Of a stretch of DNA of 64,000 bases, positions 58,873 to 64,000 are shown piece by piece. The stretch comes from Candidatus Collierbacteria bacterium UBA2277 (lineage in GTDB: Bacteria; Patescibacteriota; Microgenomatia; UBA1400; MFAQ01). Below the pieces are notes generated by a model, which saw nothing but the letters and a program-made list of their open reading frames with translations, had not been told where the DNA came from and made no database searches. The stretch lies in assembly GCA_002347045.1 (NCBI GenBank), contig DDWV01000001.1, positions 487,201 through 551,200 of the forward strand, in the 5' to 3' direction. Numbering within the stretch: position 1 is the first letter of the stretch; each line of letters starts with the position of its first letter. The position numbers and the translations under genes are program-made.

Positions 58873-58891
58873 GATATCTTTTTGAGAAAAA

Positions 58892-59458
58892 CTATTCTCC
58901 GACCTGAAGGTTGGCTGGCATTGTGGGCATATTTTTCATCATGTCACTAAGGTCAGTGAAGACCACATCTGTTGGGACTTCAAACACTTTTTTGTCTACT
59001 ATCCAGGGAGAGCATTTCATGTCAACTTTCTCATCAAGATCAACATTTCTGGAGTCTGAGTTCGGATCAGTTGGTTCTGCACTATCGTCCATTCTATATT
59101 TCATACCAGTGACACTCTTGTCTTTGTTCCAGGTGTATAAGTCGACTCCATCGGAAACCATAAACATATTGATATTTTCAAAACCCTCCATGTCACTAGT
59201 TATTTTTATCTCCTCTGCAAACTTATTTCCTGAGACATAAAAAGTACCTTCTGTTTTGGTGGCCTGACCGTCTTCTTCGAGAGTGCGTGAGATAGAAAAG
59301 GTGCATTTTTGATTTTTACCCATTCCGAGAAGCTCGCGCATAGAAGTTGGACTTCCCTGTTCGACATCGCTATTTGGAGCTAATGGGGCTTTCGCCGTAC
59401 ATGCGGAAAGAAGAACAGCGGAAAGAATTATTAGCGAGACACGGACTTTTTTGTTCAT
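58892..59458 (-). CDS. Putative lipoprotein
   Basis: Signal peptide with an LLSAC lipobox, followed by a 160-aa acidic domain of unknown function. Confidence 0.5.
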   Translation of the reverse strand: MNKKVRVSLIILSAVLLSACTAKAPLAPNSDVEQGSPTSMRELLGMGKNQKCTFSISRTLEEDGQATKTEGTFYVSGNKFAEEIKITSDMEGFENINMFMVSDGVDLYTWNKDKSVTGMKYRMDDSAEPTDPNSDSRNVDLDEKVDMKCSPWIVDKKVFEVPTDVVFTDLSDMMKNMPTMPANLQVGE

Positions 59459-59521
59459 ATATTCAAAGTATACACAATGAAGATAATTTGTCTATATCTT
59501 AGGAAACATTTCTTACACTTC

Positions 59522-60205
59522 TTATCTCTTTTTCCTGAGAATACTAAGCAGGATATAAAAAATACCAATAAAAACGAGGTTGAGGATTACACTGAGAGAG
59601 ATGGCTTTCCAAAATGAATCAAAAACTATCCAAAGAGATGACTCTGAACTTAAGAGTAGTTGAAAACCAAAGTACCAGGCCACGAGACCAAAAAATAGCG
59701 AGATAATAACAAAAGGAACTGCTTGCTTTATGTCTGACCAGCTTGGAAAAAAAGAGTTGGCGATGGTAAAAAAGAAATACCCCTCGAGAAGTAAAATGCC
59801 AGTGTTTTTTGCTTGGTAACTATCTACTAGTAAAGATGCTAGCCAGATAAGCAGAGGAAGTCCTGTGATGAAGGGGGCAGTGCCCACAAAAAATCCTTGA
59901 ACTGGGTTGAGCTTTTGAGTTTGAACTGAGCCGAGAACTACACGACTCGAATTCCCTTCCAGCTCTTCTTCTAGGTACTCTGGAAAGATTTCTATTTTCC
60001 CTGTGCGAGCTCCAAATAGTGCAGCAGTAAGAAAGTGAGATAGTTCGTGAACGATAGTTCCCGGAAGAAAAAAAATACTCCAGATAACAATGACCGCACG
60101 CTGACTACCTCCTAAACGGCGGACAAAATCTGACACTTCTGAGGTTAACTTCTTTTTGGTGAAAAGGAGACCTAGTAGACTAAGAATTACATAAATAAAT
60201 GACAT
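59522..60205 (-). CDS. Polytopic membrane protein with an HExxH motif (putative intramembrane zinc metallopeptidase)
   Basis: 227 aa with about 6 TM helices. VHELSHFLTAALFG sits at a membrane boundary. Confidence 0.45.
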   Translation of the reverse strand: MSFIYVILSLLGLLFTKKKLTSEVSDFVRRLGGSQRAVIVIWSIFFLPGTIVHELSHFLTAALFGARTGKIEIFPEYLEEELEGNSSRVVLGSVQTQKLNPVQGFFVGTAPFITGLPLLIWLASLLVDSYQAKNTGILLLEGYFFFTIANSFFPSWSDIKQAVPFVIISLFFGLVAWYFGFQLLLSSESSLWIVFDSFWKAISLSVILNLVFIGIFYILLSILRKKR

Positions 60206-60233
60206 AATTTATTTTTATATAAATATTTTTTGT

Positions 60234-63197
60234 CTATCGCTGGCAATGAGACTTGAAAGGGCAAGTGGCACACTTGGTAAGATCGTCGGTACGAGAAAAG
60301 TCTAAGGCTCTAATATTTTTGACGGAGTTTTTTATGGTTTGTTTTAGATCTTGAACCTCTTTGTCTGTGATGTTAAATTTTTCTTTGTGGAAATCTCCTT
60401 TTGAGTCTGGCTCAATGAAGTCGATTTCTGTTTGAGTCACCTTGTAAGGAAAAGATTTGTCTAGATCACAGAGAAGACGATAAAAAATAAGCTGGCGTTT
60501 GTAGTCGCCATCGGAGTTTTTGGTGTTGCCTTCGATTTCGTTCCTTGTTTTTGATTTTCCTGTTTTGTAGTCTACAAAACGAACTTCTTTTTGTTTTTTG
60601 TTTGTTAGATCTATTCGGTCTACTTTTCCGGTGAGAGGGATATCATCAAGGAAAATTTGAGAGGTAAGCGAGGTTCCGAAGCCTTTTTCTGTAAAAAGAC
60701 AAGAGGAAAAACCTTTGCTGTAGTTATTGTAGTAGTTAGTAAGAATTTTTTTACCATGTGCGAGCCTAGTCTGAAAATCTGAAGGAGTCATTACTTCTCG
60801 CAAAAGGGCAGCTTCGAAGTCTTTAAGGAATACTTCTACAGACTCTAGTTTGCCGTTGTTTAACTCTAGATATAGATTTTCGAGAGCATAGTGAATAGCG
60901 GTACCAAAGCACATAGCAGGCGCTTTGGCGCGTGGGATTCGGTAAAGATTGTCTAGTTTGAATTTATATTTACAGCGAAGATAGGTGTTTAGAGCGGTTG
61001 GAGAAAGCTTGAGCTCATTTACTATTTTGGAGAGATACTCGGCTTCGCCGTCGTGGAGAACTACTTCTTCGGGAGAAGACATAAGTGAAGAGAGTATTTT
61101 GACTGAGTCTTTTTCAAATTTTTTGGTTTTTTCCTCTTCTAGATTCTCTTCGGGGAGCTCACTTAACAACATAGAAGGAAAGATCATTTTGGCAGAGTTT
61201 GAGTACTCTGTTGACCCTGTGAGAAACAACTCCTGTTTAGCTCTGGTGATAGCCACATAAAATAGACGGCGCTCTTCGGCGTTCTTGTCTCCTTTGTCTG
61301 TGTCTTCATAGGTGATGATACCTGGAGGAAGTTTTATCATTTCTTTCTTGGTTTTGTTACCCCAGTGAGTGTCGGCGAAACGATAAATATAGACTGTTTG
61401 CCACTCAAGGCCTTTTGATTTGTGAGCTGTTGTAAGAGTGACGGCATTGTCGTTTCCAACCAAGACTTGCTCTTCCAGTTTTAAATTATGATCTTCCATG
61501 ATTTGAAGATTGTATGAAAAACCAAATAAATCTAGATTGGAAAAAGCTGCACTTTGAGACTTCGCATCATCAAAAAGTGTGCTAAAACGGTTGAGCTCAA
61601 TGATAGGCTGAGAGGAGTTGAGAATATGTTCGAGGACGCCTGATTCCTGAAAAATAATTTGAAATATTTCAGGTAAGGTGTGTGTAGCTGCTTTGGAACT
61701 CCAAGAGACAAGGCGGTTAAAGACTTCAACAACAGAGTCGTCTAGCTCAGGATGATATGACTGTAGTATGTCTGCTAGAGTTTTTTTATCTTGGTATGCT
61801 TGCCGAGAAATTTTTAGAACTGAAAGTGGCTTCAGTTTGAAATAGGGATAGTTTAATACAGTAAAGAGGTCAAGATCGTCGACAGAGTTGTGAAGCGTGG
61901 TAGTAACTTGAAGAAGCTTAAGAAATTGACTAACGAGCGGAATAGCCAGAATGTTAGTGCCACCTTCAAGCCGATAGGGGATGTTTTTTTGTTTGAACAG
62001 ATTAACTAGCATGTCAATGTCTTTGTTTTCTTTGACTATGACTGCGATGTCTTTGGGTTCAACCCCCTGTTTTATTTTTTCTTGTATCGAGGTAGCAATA
62101 TATTCATCTTCAAAGATTGAAGAGTTAAATTTGGCAATTTTAATCTTTTTGCTGAAAAGGGAAGTATTTGCAACTAAGGGAGGGCTGCCAATTAGAGTAG
62201 CGGCTGAGTTTAGAATGGCCTGAGTAGAACGATAGCTTTGATCTAGGACTATCTGGGTGTGACACGGAAAGCGATTTTTGAACTCTATAATATTTTCTTT
62301 TGAAGCCCCTTGGAATCTGTATATACTCTGGTTTTCATCGCCCACAGCAAAAATGTTGGCATTTTCTCCCCAAAAACTTGAGAGTGCAAAGATGAGACGA
62401 TTTTGGGAAGAGTTTGTGTCTTGATATTCATCTACAAGAATGTACTGAAATTTTTCTTGATAACCAAGAAGAAAGTCGTTGTCAGATTCAAAGGCTTCTA
62501 CAACCCAGTTGATCATGTCGTTGAAATCAAACCTGCCAAGAGTGGAAAGTTTCGCCTGATACTTTTCATAAATATCAAGGAGATCAAGATTTTTGTTGAC
62601 TAACTTCTCTCTTTCTAAACGAGCTGTCTTTGAGAGATCGTCTTTTTCTAGCTGATACTGATCTTTTGTATTGGAAACTAGTTGAGAATATTTTTTTATA
62701 GAAAAACCCTCACGCTTGAGATCCGAGATAGAACTTAAGATATGCGACACATAAAAATAAGCATCCCCCACAGGTTTAAGCAGTGAGTATTCGCCTTGAT
62801 CTAGTATCTCTTGTATAACTTGAATCTTTTCTAAATCTGTTATGTTTTGAAGCCCCCTTGATCGACTGAATCTTTCTGGATTTTGGGCGATAATATCGGC
62901 GCAAAATGAGTGGAAGGTGCACACCTGAACAAAATAACCCTCCTTGCCAATAAGCTTTATCAGGCGAGTGCGCATTTCGCGAGTGGCGGCCTCGGTAAAG
63001 GTAAGGGCGAGAATGGATGAAGAGTCGGTGTCGGTCTGTTTTAGGATGTTGGCGATTCTGGTAGTGAGAACTTGTGTTTTGCCTGTACCAGGACCAGCGA
63101 GAACTAAGACAGGACCTTCGATAGTGTCAACAGCTTGGCGCTGAGCAGTGTTTAACTGTTTGTATGCTTGATCAAATTCTGAGCTTGTTTGAGGCAT
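60234..63197 (-). CDS. Single-chain helicase-nuclease: a UvrD-like SF1 helicase fused to a C-terminal RecB/Cas4-like PD-(D/E)xK nuclease with a 4-Cys Fe-S motif
   Basis: 987 aa. The N-terminus has LVLAGPGTGKTQVLT, VDEYQDTN and the other SF1 motifs. The C-terminus has RCKYKF...DYKTGKSK...CATCPFKSHC, an AddB-type C-x-C-x2-C-x5-C cluster. Confidence 0.8.
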   Translation of the reverse strand: MPQTSSEFDQAYKQLNTAQRQAVDTIEGPVLVLAGPGTGKTQVLTTRIANILKQTDTDSSSILALTFTEAATREMRTRLIKLIGKEGYFVQVCTFHSFCADIIAQNPERFSRSRGLQNITDLEKIQVIQEILDQGEYSLLKPVGDAYFYVSHILSSISDLKREGFSIKKYSQLVSNTKDQYQLEKDDLSKTARLEREKLVNKNLDLLDIYEKYQAKLSTLGRFDFNDMINWVVEAFESDNDFLLGYQEKFQYILVDEYQDTNSSQNRLIFALSSFWGENANIFAVGDENQSIYRFQGASKENIIEFKNRFPCHTQIVLDQSYRSTQAILNSAATLIGSPPLVANTSLFSKKIKIAKFNSSIFEDEYIATSIQEKIKQGVEPKDIAVIVKENKDIDMLVNLFKQKNIPYRLEGGTNILAIPLVSQFLKLLQVTTTLHNSVDDLDLFTVLNYPYFKLKPLSVLKISRQAYQDKKTLADILQSYHPELDDSVVEVFNRLVSWSSKAATHTLPEIFQIIFQESGVLEHILNSSQPIIELNRFSTLFDDAKSQSAAFSNLDLFGFSYNLQIMEDHNLKLEEQVLVGNDNAVTLTTAHKSKGLEWQTVYIYRFADTHWGNKTKKEMIKLPPGIITYEDTDKGDKNAEERRLFYVAITRAKQELFLTGSTEYSNSAKMIFPSMLLSELPEENLEEEKTKKFEKDSVKILSSLMSSPEEVVLHDGEAEYLSKIVNELKLSPTALNTYLRCKYKFKLDNLYRIPRAKAPAMCFGTAIHYALENLYLELNNGKLESVEVFLKDFEAALLREVMTPSDFQTRLAHGKKILTNYYNNYSKGFSSCLFTEKGFGTSLTSQIFLDDIPLTGKVDRIDLTNKKQKEVRFVDYKTGKSKTRNEIEGNTKNSDGDYKRQLIFYRLLCDLDKSFPYKVTQTEIDFIEPDSKGDFHKEKFNITDKEVQDLKQTIKNSVKNIRALDFSRTDDLTKCATCPFKSHCQR

Positions 63198-63200
63198 TTT

Positions 63201-64000
63201 TTATTCTATAACTTTTTTATCACTGATTAGGCCTGACTTGAGATTGTGGGCTGAGGAGAGCTTGTTTCCTATCTGGTTCATAGTTTGACTGGTAGAGTTC
63301 ATAGAGTTGTAAGCATTAGTGAGATGTTTGCCAAGAAGAGTAAAGTTTTCGTTGAGCTTTTCATAGTCTTTTTGGACGGCTCGAAGAAGAGTAAAAACCT
63401 CGGCAGTTTTACCAGCAATTTTTTGACCTTCGAGAGAGAGAAGGATTGTCTGCAAGTTGGCATAGAGAGTTGTAGGGGAGACCGGATAGACTCTAACGTC
63501 CCGTGAGAGGTCAAGGATCTCTTGTTCGTTGACTATTTCGTAGTAAACAGACTCTGAGGGAATATACATAAGGGCGAAGTCTAGAGTTCCCTCCTCTGGA
63601 AGAATGTATTTACCAGAGATATCCTTAATGTGTTTTTTAACATCTCGAACAAAGGCTGACCTGGCTTGAGATTTTTCTGTTTGGGTTGAAGACTGATAAA
63701 TTTTTTGAAAGTTTTCCATGGGGAATTTTGAGTCTATGGGTAGAATACCGGCTTGAGTTTTGATAGCAGCGTCAACAATTGAGCCACCTTTGAAGTGGTG
63801 CTGGAGTTTGTAGCCACTCTTGGGAAACATCTGGCCGAGAAGATCATTGAGAACTTGTTCGCCTATGTTGCCTCTTAGCTTTGGCGACTTGAGATAGTCT
63901 TGGAGATCTTTCATAGAACGACTAACTTCCCCAAAAGCACCGGCTTCCTTTTTCAGATCGCCAATCACACTAGTGGCCTGATCAAGACGAGAGAACAACT
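63201..64000 (-). CDS. rmuC: DNA recombination protein RmuC (the N-terminus lies beyond the window end)
   Basis: The RmuC C-terminal domain: GNIGEQVLNDLL, VDAAIKTQAGILPIDSKFP and DFALMYIPSESVYY. The ORF stays open at 64000. Confidence 0.72.
   Translation of the reverse strand, partial: LFSRLDQATSVIGDLKKEAGAFGEVSRSMKDLQDYLKSPKLRGNIGEQVLNDLLGQMFPKSGYKLQHHFKGGSIVDAAIKTQAGILPIDSKFPMENFQKIYQSSTQTEKSQARSAFVRDVKKHIKDISGKYILPEEGTLDFALMYIPSESVYYEIVNEQEILDLSRDVRVYPVSPTTLYANLQTILLSLEGQKIAGKTAEVFTLLRAVQKDYEKLNENFTLLGKHLTNAYNSMNSTSQTMNQIGNKLSSAHNLKSGLISDKKVIE

Noticed and set aside
1-64000. Search for tRNA/rRNA genes, CRISPR arrays and mobile elements
   Set aside because: No T-loop/D-loop-like GTTCGA or GTTCAA cloverleaf candidates turned up in intergenic gaps. 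Most gaps are under 200 bp and promoter/terminator-like. There are no direct-repeat/spacer arrays and no transposase, integrase or IS inverted repeats. Only the short coding tandem repeat at 47890-48040 was seen.

Overview
This 64 kb window is mostly core chromosome from a small-genome bacterium with a Gram-positive-type envelope. The gene set (sortase, two FemAB genes, an LCP protein, MurJ, MltG and RodZ, together with a short IF-2, a short AlaRS and a DUF2298 membrane protein) and a GC content of roughly 40-45% by hand sampling fit Candidate Phyla Radiation / Saccharibacteria-like genomes. That lineage call is inference only.

The minus strand carries, in order: tuf (partial), fusA, a DEAH helicase, rpsG, rpsL, rpoC, rpoB, mltG, a Zn-ribbon ORF, ruvX, a sortase, a large membrane protein with a PilM/FtsA-like N-domain, alaS, ytxH-like and DUF948-like genes, rodZ, ftsK, rnj, a protease-less Lon AAA+ gene, a small membrane protein, pnp, rpsO, a degenerate NrnA-like gene, infB, nusA, dnaJ, dnaK, grpE, hrcA (with a CIRCE-like operator upstream), lepA and murJ.

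A plus-strand accessory block of lower GC (about 42.4-57.2 kb) carries rpsT, orphan PilN/PilO-like genes, an FN3-type surface protein with a sortase-like C-terminal sorting signal, two Cys-rich paralogous type-II membrane proteins, a UDP-galactopyranose-mutase-like flavoprotein, a DUF2298 GT-C-like membrane protein, a convergent LCP ligase, tpiA, uvrD/pcrA and a tandem FemAB pair.

The right end of the window is minus strand again: a GC-elevated orphan gene, yggU, ung, a lipoprotein, a HExxH membrane peptidase, a single-chain UvrD-helicase/Fe-S RecB-nuclease fusion, and rmuC (partial).

I found no rRNA, tRNA, CRISPR array, transposase or integrase. The most interesting candidates are the surface-display locus (sorting-signal-bearing FN3 protein, Cys-rich paralogs with a conserved post-anchor motif, orphan PilN/PilO), the sortase plus PilM-like fusion inserted into alaS-ruvX-mltG, the protease-less Lon module bracketed by intrinsic terminators, the catalytically dead NrnA paralog, and the Glf-like/GT-C/LCP cassette.
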